Source of the DNA: Camelus ferus
Taxonomy: Eukaryota
Direction of reading: 5' to 3'
Length of the DNA: 64,000 bases
Assembly: GCF_009834535.1 (NCBI RefSeq)
Contig: NC_045696.1
Coordinates: forward strand, 124,001 to 188,000
This document shows, piece by piece, positions 13,101 through 28,100 of the stretch; the stretch's first letter is position 1, and the number at the start of each line of letters is the position of its first letter. The position numbers were made by a program, and so were the translations under genes. The notes under the pieces were generated by a model, which had not been told where the DNA came from, made no database searches, and saw only the letters and a program-made list of their open reading frames with translations.

Positions 13101-16100
13101 ATGTATCTCGGATTCGACAAATATTCTCTGCAGAGTTGTTAGTATGCGGATTGCCGAACTTTCATCCACCATAAAAGGCATATTTACACCTACAATTGTT
13201 TAATCTGAGTTCGCAAATTATTCCTAACGCCAGTTTCAAAAATCAGGCTGTTATCTCAGGAAAAAACTCTTCGAGCGATTTCTAACCTATGGAAAGTTAA
13301 TTTAAAAAATTTCCTCACTGAGACATTCCGTGTTCTGAACAATCTTCATGAATAACGGATTCGACAATTATTCACTACAGATATGTTAGCATGTCAATTA
13401 TAGAACTTTCATCACAAAACTTTGAATATTGATACTTAGAAGTATTTTCTCAGATTTTGCTGCGTTTTCCAAGCACCAGTTTCAAAAATGAAGCAGTTTT
13501 CACAGAAAAATTCTCTTGAAGTGAGTTCTACCGAATCGACAAGTAGTTTACATTGTTTCAATCAACGTGAAATTCCACATTCCGAACATGGTACATACAT
13601 CACAGAATAAAAAAAGATTCTTTAATATGTTGTGAAAATGTGGATTACTGAACTTTCTTCCAACATAAAGGCATCTTTACACCTACAAATATTTTCTCTC
13701 ATTTCGCAGCTTTATCCAAACATCACATTCGAGAATCAAGCAATTTTCGCTGAAATATTCTATTCTACCTAGTTCTACCCAATAGAATTCTAATTTACAT
13801 AGTTCCATTACCGTGAAATTCTGTTTTTCGAACGCGCTACATGAATCACGGTTTGAAAAATATTTACTACACTCTTGTTAACGTGTGGATTACCGGACTT
13901 TCATCCACCAATCAAGTCATATTGACACTTAGAAGCATTTTCTCATATTTCGAAGATTTTTCCTAACGCCAGATTTGAAAATGAGGCAGATTTTGCAGAA
14001 AAATGCTCTTGGAGCGAGTTCTACCCAATAGAGAGGTAATTTACATAGATGTGCTCATCATGACATTTTGTGTTCCGAACACATTTCATGTATCTCGGAT
14101 TCGACAAATATTCACTACAGAGATGTTAGCATTTGGATTACTAATCTTACATCCACCATACCAGGCATATTTACACCTACAAGTTTTTACTCTCATTTAG
14201 CAGTTTTATCCAAACGTCAAATTCGAAAATCATGCAATTTGCGCAGAAAAATTCTATTCAAGCTAGATCTACCCAATAGAATTTTAATTTACATAGTTTC
14301 ATTACCGTGAATTTCCGTGTTCCAAACACGCTAAATAAGTCACGGATTCGAAAAGTATTCCCTTCATAGTTGGTTACGTGGATTACCGGACTTAAATTCC
14401 CCATTCAAGGCATATTCACACTTAGAAGCATTTTCTCTGATTTCTCAGGTTTTTCCTAACGCCAGTTTGGAAAATCAGGCTGATTTCACAGAAAATGTTC
14501 TTGGAGCCAGTTCTACCCAAAAGATATGTAATTTAAGTAGTTCACTCACCGTGACATTCCGTGTCCTGAAAATGTTACATGCATCAAGGTTTCGACAATC
14601 ATTCTTTAATGAGTGTGAGCACGTGGATTATCAAATTTTCATCCACCTTACAAGACATGTTTTCACCTAGAAACATTTACTCACATTTCGCAGAATTTTC
14701 CTAACGTCAGTTTCGAAAATCAGGCAGTTTTCCCAGAAAAATCCTCTTGTTGCATGTTCCATCCAATAGACATCTCATTTTCACAGATACCATCACCGTA
14801 ACATTCCGTGTTCCTAAAAAAAGTTTCATGCACCAAGGATTCAACAAATATTCACTGCTGAGTTGATAGCATGTGAATTACCGATCTTTAATAAACCATT
14901 GAAGACATATTGTCACCTTAAAATATTTAATCAGATTTCACAGCGTTTTCATAACACCAGTTTCGTAACTGAGGCAGATTTTTCAGTAAAACTCTCCTGG
15001 AGAGGGTTCTAACCAATAGATATGTAATATACATAGCTTCCCTCACCGAGAAAGACCGTGTTCCGAACAGGCTACATACATCAAGGATTTGAGAAACATT
15101 TTTAATGAGTTATGTACATGTGTATTACAGATCTTTCATCCACCATACAAGGCATATTGACACATAGAAAAATTAACTCTGAGTTCGCAGCTATTCCCTA
15201 ATAGCAGTTTCGAATATCAGGCAGTTTCCAAAGGAAATAAATGTTGGAGCGTGTTCTACCCAATAGATACGTAAATTACATAGATTCCCCCGCTGTGAAA
15301 TTACGTGTACCGAACACACCACATGCAGAAAAGATTCGACAAAAATAAACTATAGAGTTGTTTGCATGAGGATGACAGGACTTTCATCACAATACAAGGC
15401 ATATTGATGTTTAGAAGCATTTTCTCTGATTTCACAGAGCTTTCCAAATGCCAGTATCGAAACTGAGGCAGTTTTCACGGCAAAAACCGCTTGGAGCAGG
15501 TTCTAACCTATAGACATGTAATAAACATGGATTCGATCACTGTGAAATTCCGTGTTCTGAACACACTACATGTATCTCAGATTCGACAAATATTCACTAC
15601 ATAGTTGTTAGCATGTGGATTACAGCACTTTCATCCACCATACAAGGCTTACTGACTCTTTGAAGAATTTTCTCAGATTTCACAGGTTAGTTTTAACGCC
15701 AGTTTAGAAAATGAGGCAGATTAGGCGGAGAAATATTCTTGGAGCGAGTTATACACAAAAGATATGTAATTTATCTAGTTTTACTCACCGTGACATTCTG
15801 TGTTCTGAACACGTTACATGCATCACGGATTTGACAAACATACTTTAGTGAGTTGTGAAGATTTGTATTATCGAACTTTCATCTTCCTTACAATGTATAT
15901 TTACACATAGAAAGTTTATTCTGATTTAGTATATTTCTCCTAATCTCAGTTTCTAAAATCATGCAGTTTTCACAGAGAAAACCTCTTGGAGCGAGTTCTA
16001 TCCAATAGACATGCAATTTACATAGAACCCATCAGCGTGAAATTCCGTGTTCCAAAATACATACACGCATGATGGATTCGACAAATATTCACTACAGAAT

Positions 16101-19100
16101 TGGTAGCATAAGAATTACCTAACATTCATCCACCATAAATGCCATATTGACACTTTGAAGCACTTTCCCATATTTCAAAATATTTTCCTAATGCCAGTTT
16201 TGTAAATGAGGGAGATTCACAAAAAATTCTCGTGGAGCAAGTACTTCCCAATAGAAATTTAATTTACATAGTTTCCCTCACAGTGACATTCCAATTCCCG
16301 AAAATGCTACATACTTCTCGGATTTGACAAACATTTTTAATGAGTTATGTACATGTGTATTACAGAACTTTCATCCACCATACAAGGCATATTTAAACCT
16401 AGAAACATTAACTCTGAATTTGAAGCCTTTTCCAGATGCCAGTTTCGAAAATCATGCTCTTTTCTCCAGAAAAAATTTTTGGAGCGAGTTCTACCCAATA
16501 GACTTGAAATTTACATAGATTCCATCTCCGGATATTTCCGTCATACGATCACGCTACATGCATAGGCTTTCTACAATTAGTCACATCATGTTTGTTTGCA
16601 TGTGGCTTTATGAACTTCCATCACAATACAAGGCATATTGTCAGTTTGAAGCATTTTCTCTGATTTTGAAGGAATTTCCAAATGCCAGTTTCGAAAATGA
16701 GGCAGATTTCGCAGAAAAATCTCTTGGATTGAGTTCTAACCAAGAGACATGTATTTTACGTAGAATCGCTCACCGTGATATTCTGTGTTCCGAACACTAT
16801 TCATGTATCTCGGATTCGACAAATATTCTCTGCAGAGTTGTTAGTATGCGGATTGCCGAACTTTCATCCACCATAAAAGGCATATTTACACCTACAATTG
16901 TTTAATCTGAGTTCGCAGCTTATTCCTAACGCCAGTTTCAAAAATCAGGCTGTTATCTCAGGAAAAAACCCTTCGAGCGATTTCTACCCTATGGAAAGTT
17001 AATTTACATAAATTTCCTCACTGTGACATTCGGTGTTCTGAACATTCTACATGAATAACGGATTCGACAAATATTCACTACAGATTTGTTAGCATGTCAA
17101 TTACCGAACTTTCATCACAAAACATTGAATATTGATACTTAGAAGTATTTTCTCAGATTTTGCAGCGTTTTCCAAGCACCAGTTTCAAAAATGAAGCAGT
17201 TTTCACAGAAAAATTCTCTTGAAGTGAGTTCTACCATATCGACAAGTAGTTTACATTTTTTCAATCACCGTGAAATTCCACGTTCCGAACATGGTACATG
17301 CATCACTGATTAGAAAAAAGATTCTTTAACATGTTGTGAAAATGTGGATTACCGAACTTTCTTCCAACATAAAGGCATCTTTACACCTACAAATATTTTC
17401 TCTCATTTCGCAGCTTGTCCAAACATCACATTCGAGAATCAAGCAATTTTCTCAGAAAAATTTTATTCTAGCTAATTCTACCCAATAGAATTCTAATTAA
17501 CATAGTTTCATTACCGTGAATTTCTGTTTTCCGAACGCGCTAAATAAGTCACGGATTCGAAAAGTATTCCCTTCATAGTTGGTTACGTGGATTACCGTAA
17601 TTTAATACCCCATTCAAGGCATCTTCACTCTTAGAAGCATTTTCTCCGATTTCTCAGGTTTTACTAATGCCATTTTGGAAAATGATGCTGATTTCACAGA
17701 AAATGTTCTTGGAGCCAGTTCTACCCAAAAGATATGTAATTTAAGTAGTACACTCACCGTGACATTCCGTGTTCCGAACATTCTACATGAATAAAGGATT
17801 CGCCAAATACTCACTACATATTTGTTAGCATGTGGATTACCGAACATTCATCACAAAACATTGAATATTGATACTTAGAAGTATTTTCTCAGATTTTGCT
17901 GCGTTTTCCAAGCGCCAGTTTCAAAAATGAAGCAGTTTTCACAGAAAAATTCTCTTGAAGTGAGTTCTACCGAATCGACAAGTAGTTTACATTGTTTCAA
18001 TCAACGTGAAATTCCACATTCCGAACATGGTACATACATCACAGAATAAAAAAAGATTCTTTAATATGTTGTGAAAATGTGGATTACTGAACTTTCTTCC
18101 AACATAAAGGCATCTTTACACCTACAAATATTTTCTCTCATTTCGCAGCTTTATCCAAACATCACATTCGAGAATCAAGCAATTTTCGCTGAAATATTCT
18201 ATTCTACCTAGTTCTACCCAATAGAATTCTAATTTACATAGTTCCATTACCGTGAAATTCTGTTTTTCGAACGCGCTACATGAATCACGGTTTGAAAAAT
18301 ATTTACTACACTCTTGTTAACGTGTGGATTACCGGACTTTCATCCACCAATCAAGTCATATTGACACTTAGAAGCATTTTCTCATATTTCGAAGATTTTT
18401 CCTAACGCCAGATTTGAAAATGAGGCAGATTTTGCAGAAAAATGCTCTTGGAGCGAGTTCTACCCAATAGACAGGTAATTTACATAGATGTGCTCATCAT
18501 GACATTTTGTGTTCCGAACACATTTCATGTATCTCGGATTCGACAAATATTCACTACAGAGATGTTAGCATTTGGATTACTAATCTTACATCCACCATAC
18601 CAGGCATATTTACACCTACAAGTTTTTACTCTCATTTAGCAGTTTTATCCAAACGTCAAATTCGAAAATCATGCAATTTGCGCAGAAAAATTCTATTCAA
18701 GCTAGATCTACCCAATAGAATTTTAATTTACATAGTTTCATTACCGTGAATTTCCGTGTTCCAAACACGCTAAATAAGTCACGGATTCGAAAAGTATTCC
18801 CTTCATAGTTGGTTACGTGGATTACCGGACTTAAATTCCCCATTCAAGGCATATTCACACTTAGAAGCATTTTCTCAGATTTCTCATGTTTTTCCTAACG
18901 CCAGTTTGGAAAATGAGGCTGATTTCACAGAAAATGTTCTTGGAGCCAGTTCTACCCAAAAGATATGTAATTTAACTAGTTCACTCACCGTGACATTCCG
19001 TGTCCTGAAAATGTTACATGCATCAAGGTTTCGACAATCATTCTTTAATGAGTGTGAGCACGTGGATTATCAAATTTTCATCCACCTTACAAGACATGTT

Positions 19101-22100
19101 TTCACCTAGAAACATTTACTCACATTTCGCAGAAATTTCCTAAAGTCAGTTTCGAAAATCAGGCAGTTTTCCCAGAAAAATCCTCTTGTTGCATGTTCCA
19201 TTCAATAGACATCTCATTTTCACAGATACCATCACCGTAACATTCCGTGTTCCTAAAAAAAGTTTCAATCACCAAGGATTCAACAAATATTCACTGCTGA
19301 GTTGATAGCATGTGAATTACCGATCTTTAATAAACCATTGAAGACATATTGTCACCTTAAAATATTTAATCAGATTTCACAGCGTTTTCATAACACCAGT
19401 TTCGTAACTGAGGCAGATTTTTCAGTAAAACTCTCCTGGAGAGGGTTCTAACCAATAGATATGTAATATACATAGCTTCCCTCACCGAGAAAGACCGTGT
19501 TCCGAACAGGCTACATACATCAAGGATTTGAGAAACATTTTTAATGAGTTATGTACATGTGTATTACAGATCTTTCATCCACCATACAAGGCATATTGAC
19601 ACATAGAAACATTAACTCTGAGTTCGCAGCTTTTCCCTAATAGCAGTTTCGAAAATCATGCAGTTTTCAAAGGAAATACATGTTGGAGCGTTTTCTACCC
19701 AATAGATACGTAAATTACATAGATTCCCCCGCTGTGAAATTACATTTACCGATCACACCACATGCAGAAATGATTCGACAAAAATAAACTATAGAGTTGT
19801 TTGCATGAGGATGACAGGACTTTCATCACAATACAAGGCATATTGATGTTTAGAAGCATTTTCTCTGATTTCACAGAGCTTTCCAAATGCCAGTATCGAA
19901 ACTGAGGCAGATTTCACGGCAAATCGTCTTGGAGCAGGTTCTAACTTATAGACATGTAATAAACATGGATTCGATCACCTGTGAAATTCCGTGTTCTGAA
20001 CACACTACATGTATCTCGGATTCGACAAATATTCACTACATAGTTGTTAGCATGTGGATTACAGCACTTTCATCCACCCTACAAGGCTTACTGATACTTT
20101 GAAGAATTTTCTCAGAATTCAAAGATTAGTTTTAACGCCAGTTTAGAAAATGAGGCAGATTTGGCAGAAAAATATTCTAGGAGCGAGTTATACACAAAAG
20201 ATATGTAATTTACCATGTTTTACTCACCGTGACATTCCGTGTTCTGAACACGTTACATGAATCACGGATTTGACAAACATACTTTAATGAGTTGTGAACA
20301 TTTGTATTATCGAACTTTCATCTTCCTTACAATGTATATTTACACATAGAAAGTTTATTCTGATTTAGTAGATTTCTCCTAATCTCAGTTTCTAAAATCA
20401 TTCAGTTTTCACAGAGATAACCTCTTGGAGCGAGTTCTATCCAATAGAAATGCAATTTACATAGAACCCATCAGCGTGAAATTCCGTGTTCCAAAATACC
20501 TACACGCATGACGGATTCGACAAATATTCACTACAGAATTGGTAGCATAAAAATTACCTAACATTCATCCACCATAAATGCCATATTGACACTTTGAAGC
20601 ACTTTCCCATATTTCAAAAGATTTTCCTAATGCCAGTTTTGAAAATGAGGCAGATTCACAATAGATTCTCTTGGAGCAAATACTTCCCAATAGAAATGTA
20701 ATTTACATAGTTTCCTCACAGTGACATTCCAATTCCCGAACACGCTACATACTTTTGGATTTGACAAACATTTTTAATGACTTATGTACATGTGTATTAC
20801 AGATCTTTCATCCACCATACAAGGCATATTGACACATAGAAAAATTAACTCTGAGTTCGCAGCTATTCCCTAATAGCAGTTTGGAATATCAGGCAGTTTC
20901 CAAAGGAAATAAATGTTGGAGCGTGTTCTACCCAATAGATACGTAAATTACATAGATTCCCCCGCTGTGAAATTACGTGTACCGAACACACCACATGCAG
21001 AAAAGATTCGACAAAAATAAACTATAGAGTTGTTTGCATGAGGATGACAGGACTTTCATCACAATACAAGGCATATTGATGTTTAGAAGCATTTTCTCTG
21101 ATTTCACAGAGCTTTCCAAATGCCAGTATCGAAACTGAGGCAGTTTTCACGGCAAAAACCGCTTGGAGCAGGTTCTAACCTATAGACATGTAATAAACAT
21201 GGATTCGATCACTGTGAAATTCCGTGTTCTGAACACACTACATATATCTCAGATTCGACAAATATTCACTACATAGTTGTTAGCATGTGGATTACAGCAC
21301 TTTCATCCACCATACAAGGCTTACTGACTCTTTGAAGAATTTTCTCAGATTTCACAGGTTAGTTTTAACGCCAGTTTAGAAAATGAGGCAGATTAGGCGG
21401 AGAAATATTCTTGGAGCGAGTTATACACAAAAGATATGTAATTTATCTAGTTTTACTCACCGTGACATTCTGTGTTCTGAACACGTTACATGCATCACGG
21501 ATTTGACAAACATACTTTAGTGAGTTGTGAAGATTTGTATTATCGAACTTTCATCTTCCTTACAATGTATATTTACACATAGAAAGTTTATTCTGATTTA
21601 GTAGATTTCTCCTAATCTCAGTTTCTAAAATCATGCAGTTTTCACAGAGAAAACCTCTTGGAGCGAGTTCTATCCAATAGACATGCAATTTACATAGAAC
21701 CCATCAGCGTGAAATTCCGTGTTCCAAAATACATACACGCATGACTGGATTCGACAAATATTCACTACAGAATTGGTAGCATAAATATTACCTAAAATTC
21801 ATCCACCATAAATGCCATATTGACACTTTGAAGCACTTTCCCATATTTCAAAAGATTTTCCTAATGCCAGTTTTGTAAATGAGGCAGATTCACAATAAAT
21901 TCTCGTGGAGCAAGTACTTCCCAATAGAAATTTAATTTACATAGTTTCCCTCACAGTGACATTCCAATTCCCGAAAATGCTACATACTTCTCGGATTTGA
22001 CAAACATTTTTAATGAGTTATGTACATGTGTATTACAGAACTTTCATCCACCATACAAGGCATATATTAAACCTAGAAACATTAACTCTGAATTTGCAGC

Positions 22101-25100
22101 CTTTTCCAATGCCAGTTTCGAAAATCATGCTCTTTTCTCCAGAAAAAATTTTTGGAGCGAGTTCTACCCAATAGACATTGAAATTTACATAGATTCCATC
22201 TCCGGAAATTTCCGTCATACGATCACGCTACATGCATAGGCTTTCTACAATTAGTCACATCAGGTTTGTTTGCATGTGGCTTTATGAACTTCCATCACAA
22301 TACAAGGCATATTGTCAGTTTGAATCATTTTCTCTGATTTTGAAGGAATTTCCAAATGCCAGTTTCGAAAATGAGGCAGATTTCGCAGAAAAATCTCTTG
22401 GATTGAGTTCTAACCAAGAGACATGTATTTTACCTAGATTCGCTCACCGTGATATTCTGTGTTCCGAACACTATTCATGTATCTCGGATTCGACAAATAT
22501 TCTCTACAGAGTTGTTAGTATGCGGATTGCCGAACTTTCATCCACCATACAAGGCATATTTACACCTACAATTGTTTAATCTGAGTTCGCAGCTTATTCC
22601 TAACGCCAGTTTCAAAAATCAGGCTGTTATCTCAGGAAAAAACCTCTTGGAGCGATTTCTAACCTAGGGAAATGTAATTTACATAAATTTCCTCACTGTG
22701 ACATTCCGTGTTCCAATCATTCTACATGCATAACGGATTCGACAAATATTCACTACAGATTTGTTAGCATGTGGATTACCGAACTTTCATCACAAAACAT
22801 TGAGTATTGATTCTTAGAAGTATTTTCTCAGATTTTGCAGCGTTTTCCAAGCGCCAGTTTAAAAATGAAGCAGTTTTCACAGAAAAATTCTCTTGAAGTG
22901 AGTTCTACCGAATCGACAAGTAGTTTAGATTGTTTCAATCAACGTGAAATTCCACATTCCGAACATGGTACATGCATCACGGATTAGAAAAAAGATTCTT
23001 TAATATGTTGTGAAAATATGGATTACTGAACTTTCTTCCAACATAAAGGCATCTTTACACCTACAAATATTTTCTCTCATTTCGCAGCTTTATCCAAACA
23101 TCACATTCGAGAATCAAGCAATTTTCGCTGAAATATTCTATTCTAGCTAGTTCTACCCAATAGAATTCTAATTTACATAGTTCCATTACCGTGAAATTCT
23201 GTTTTTCGAACGCGCTACATGAATCACGGTTTGAAAAATATTTACTACACTCTTGTTAAAATGTGGATTACCGGACTTTCATCCACCAATCAAGTCATAT
23301 TGACACTTAGAAGCATTTTCTCATATTTCGAAGATATTTCCTAATGCCAGATTTGAAAATGAGGCAGATTTTGCAGAAAAATGCTCTTGGAGTGAGTTCT
23401 ACCCAATAGACAGGTAATTTACATAGATGTGCTCATCATGACATTTTGTGTTCCGAACACATTTCATGTACCTCGGATTCGACAAATATTCACTACAGAG
23501 ATGTTAGCATTTGGATTACCAATCTTACATCCACCCTACCAGGCATATTTACACCTACAAGTATTTACTCTCATTTCGCAGTTTTATCCAAACGTCAAAT
23601 TCGAAAATCATGCAATTTGCGCAGATAAATTCTATTCAAGCTAGTTCTACCCAATAGAATTTTAATTTACATAGTTTCATTACCGTGAATTTCCCTGTTC
23701 CAAACACGCTAAATAATTCACGGATTCGAAAAGTATTCCCTTCATAGTTGGTTACGTGGATTACCGGACTTAAATTCCCCATTCAAGGCATATTCACACT
23801 TAGAAGCATTTTCTCAGATTTCTCATGTTTTTCCTAACGCCAGTTTGGAAAATGAGGCTGATTTCACAGAAAATGTTCTTGGAGCCAGTTCTACCCAAAA
23901 GATATGTAATTTAACTAGTTCACTCACCGTGACATTCCGTGTCCTGAAAATGTTACATGCATCAAGGTTTCGACAATCATTCTTTAATGAGTGTGAGCAC
24001 GTGGATTATCAAATTTTCATCCACCTTACAAGACATGTTTTCACCTAGAAACATTTACTCACATTTCGCAGAAATTTCCTAAAGTCAGTTTCGAAAATCA
24101 GGCAGTTTTCCCAGAAAAATCCTCTTGTTGCATGTTCCATTCAATAGACATCTCATTTTCACAGATACCATCACCGTAACATTCATGTTCCTAAAAAAGT
24201 TTCAATCACCAAGGATTCAACAAATATTCACTGCTGAGTTGATAGCATGTGAATTACCGATCTTTAATAAACCATTGAAGACATATTGTCACCTTAAAAT
24301 ATTTAATCAGATTTCACAGCGTTTTCATAACACCAGTTTCGTAACTGAGGCAGATTTTTCAGTAAAACTCTCCTGGAGAGGGTTCTAACCAATAGATATG
24401 TAATATACATAGCTTCCCTCACCGAGAAAGACCGTGTTCGGAACAGGCTACATACATCAAGGATTTGAGAAACATTTTTAATGAGTTATGTACATGTGTA
24501 TTACAGATCTTTCATCCACCATACAAGGCATATTGACACATAGAAACATTAACTCTGAGTTCGCAGCTTTTCCCTAATAGCAGTTTCGAAAATCATGCAG
24601 TTTTCAAAGGAAATACATGTTGGAGCGTTTTCTACCCAATAGATACGTAAATTACATAGATTCCCCCGCTGTGAAATTACATTTACCGATCACACCACAT
24701 GCAGAAATGATTCGACAAAAATAAACTATAGAGTTGTTTGCATGAGGATGACAGGACTTTCATCACAATACAAGGCATATTGATGTTTAGAAGCATTTTC
24801 TCTGATTTCACAGAGCTTTCCAAATGCCAGTATCGAAACTGAGGCAGATTTCACGGCAAATCGTCTTGGAGCAGGTTCTAACCTATAGACATGTAATAAA
24901 CATGGATTCGATCACCGTGAAATTCCGTGTTCTGAACACACTACATGTATCTCGGATTCGACAAATATTCACTACATAGTTGTTAGCATGTGGATTACAG
25001 CACTTTCATCCACCCTACAAGGCTTACTGATACTTTGAAGAATTTTCTCAGAATTCAAAGATTAGTTTTAACGCCAGTTTAGAAAATGAGGCAGATTTGG

Positions 25101-28100
25101 CAGAAAAATATTCTAGGAGCGAGTTATACACAAAAGATATGTAATTTACCATGTTTTACTCACCGTGACATTCCGTGTTCTGAACACGTTACATGCATCA
25201 CGGATTTGACAAACATACTTTAATGAGTTGTGAACATTTGTATTATCGAACTTTCATCTTCCTTACAATGTATATTTACACATAGAAAGTTTATTCTGAT
25301 TTAGTAGATTTCTCCTAATCTCAGTTTCTAAAATCATGCAGTTTTCACAGAGAAAACCTCTTGGAGCGAGTTCTATCCAATAGACATGCAATTTACATAG
25401 AACCCATCAGCGTGAAATTCCGTGTTCCAAAATACATACACGCATGACGGATTCGACAAATATTCACTACAGAATTGGTAGCATAAAATTACCTAACATT
25501 CATCCACCATAAATGCCATATTGACACTTTGAAGCACTTTCCCATATTTCAAAAGATTTTCCTAATGCCAGTTTTGTAAATGAGGCAGATTCACAATAGA
25601 TTCTCGTGGAGCAAGTACTTCCCAATAGAAATTTAATTTACATAGTTTCCCTCACAGTGACATTCCAATTCCCGAACATGCTACATACTTCTCGGATTTG
25701 ACAAACATTTTTAATGACTTATGTACATGTGTATTACAGAACTTTCATCCACCATACAAGGCATATTAAACCTAGAAACATTAACTCTTAATTTGAAGCT
25801 TTTCCAAATGCCAGTTTCGAAAATCATGCTCTTTTCTCCAGAAAAAATTTTTGGAGCGAGTTCTACCCAATAGACATGAAATTTACATAGATTCCATCTC
25901 CGGAAATTTCCGTCATACGATCACGCTACATGCATAGGCTTTCTACAATTAGTCACATCAGGTTTGTTTGCATGTGGCTTTATGAACTTCCATCACAATA
26001 CAAGGCATATTGTCAGTTTCAATCATTTTCTCTGATTTTGAAGGAATTTCCAAATGCCAGTTTCGAAAATGAGGCAGATTTCGCAGAAAAAACTCTTGGA
26101 TTGAGTTCTAACCAAGAGACATGTATTTTACCTAGATTCGCTCACCGTGATATTCTGTGTTCCGAACACTCTTCATGTATCTCGGATTCGACAAATATTC
26201 TCTACAGAGTTGTTAGTATGCGGATTGCCGAACTTTCATCCACCATACAAGGCATATTTACACCTACAATTGTTTAATCTGAGTTCGCAGCTTATTCCTA
26301 ACGCCAGTTTCAAAAATCAGGCTGTTATCTCAGGAAAAACCTCTTGGAGCGATTTCTAACCTAGGGAAATGTAATTTACATAAATTTCCTCACTGTGACA
26401 TTCCGTGTTCCTAATCATTCTACATGCATAACGGATTCGACAAATATTCACTACAGATTTGTTAGCATGTGCATTACCGAACTTTCATCACAAAACATTG
26501 AATATTGATACTTAGAAGAATTTTCTCAGATTTTGCAGCGTTTTCCAAGCACCAGTTTAAAAAATGAAGCAGTTTTCACAGAAAAATTCTCTTGAAGTGA
26601 GTTCTACCATATCGACAAGTAGTTTACATTTTTTCAATCACCGTGAAATTCCACGTTCCGAACATGGTACATGCATCACTGATTAGAAAAAAGATTCTTT
26701 AACTTGTTGTGAAAATGTGGATTACCGAACTTTCTTCCAACATAAAGGCATCTTTACACCTACAAATATTTTCTCTCATTTCGCAGCTTGTCCAAACATC
26801 ACATTCGAGAATCAAGCAATTTTGGCCAAAAAATTTTATTCTAGCTAATTCTACCCAATAGAATTCTAATTAACATAGTTTCATTACCGTGAATTTCTGT
26901 TTTCCGAACGCGCTAAATAAGTCACGGATTCGAAAAGTATTCCCTTCATAGTTGGTTACGTGGATTACCGTAATTTAATACCCCATTCAAGGCATCTTCA
27001 CTCTTAGAAGCATTTTCTCCGATTTCTCAGGTTTTACTAATGCCATTTTGGAAAATGATGCTGATTTCACAGAAAATGTTCTTGGAGCCAGTTCTACCCA
27101 AAAGATATGTAATTTAAGTAGTACACTCACCGTGACATTCCGTGTTCCGAACATTCTACATGAATAAAGGATTCGCCAAATACTCACTACATATTTGTTA
27201 GCATGTGGATTACCGAACATTCATCACAAAACATTGAATATTGATACTTAGAAGTATTTTCTCAGATTTTGCTGCGTTTTCCAAGCGCCAGTTTCAAAAA
27301 TGAAGCAGTTTTCACAGAAAAATTCTCTTGAAGTGAGTTCTACCGATATCGACAAGTAGTTTACATTGTTTCAATCACCGTGAAATTCCACAGTTCCGAA
27401 CATGGTACATGCATCACATGAATAGAAAAAGATTCTTTAACTATGTTGTGAAAATGTGGATTACTGAACTTTCTTCCAACATAAAGGCATCTTTACACCT
27501 ACAAATATTTTCTCCTCATTTCGCAGCTTGTCCAAACATCACATTCGAGAATCAAGCAATTTTCTCAGAAAATTTTATTCTAGCTAATTCTACCCAATAG
27601 AATTCTAATTAACATAGTTCATTACCGTGAATTTCGTTTCCGCTCCGAACGCGCTCAAATACAGCCACGGATTCGAAAAAGTATTCCCTTCATCGTTGTT
27701 TACGTGGATTACCGTAATTTAATACCCCATTCAAGGCATCTTCACTCTTAGAAGCATTTCTCCGATTTCTCATGTTTTACTAATGCCATTTTGGAAAATT
27801 GAATGCTGATTTCACAGAAAATTTTCTTGGAGCCAGTTCTACTACCCAAAAGATATGTAATTGTAGTACACTCACCGTGACATTCCGTGTTCGAGCATTC
27901 TACATGATAAAGGATTCGCCAAATCTAATACTCATACAATTTGTTAGCATGTGGATTACCGAACTTCATCACAAAACATTGAATATTGATACTTAGAAGT
28001 ATTTTCTCAATTTTGCTGCGTTTTCCAAGCGCCAGTTTCAAAAATGAGCAGTTTTCACAGAAAAATTCTCTTGAAGTGAGTTCTACCTAACTTCGAATCG

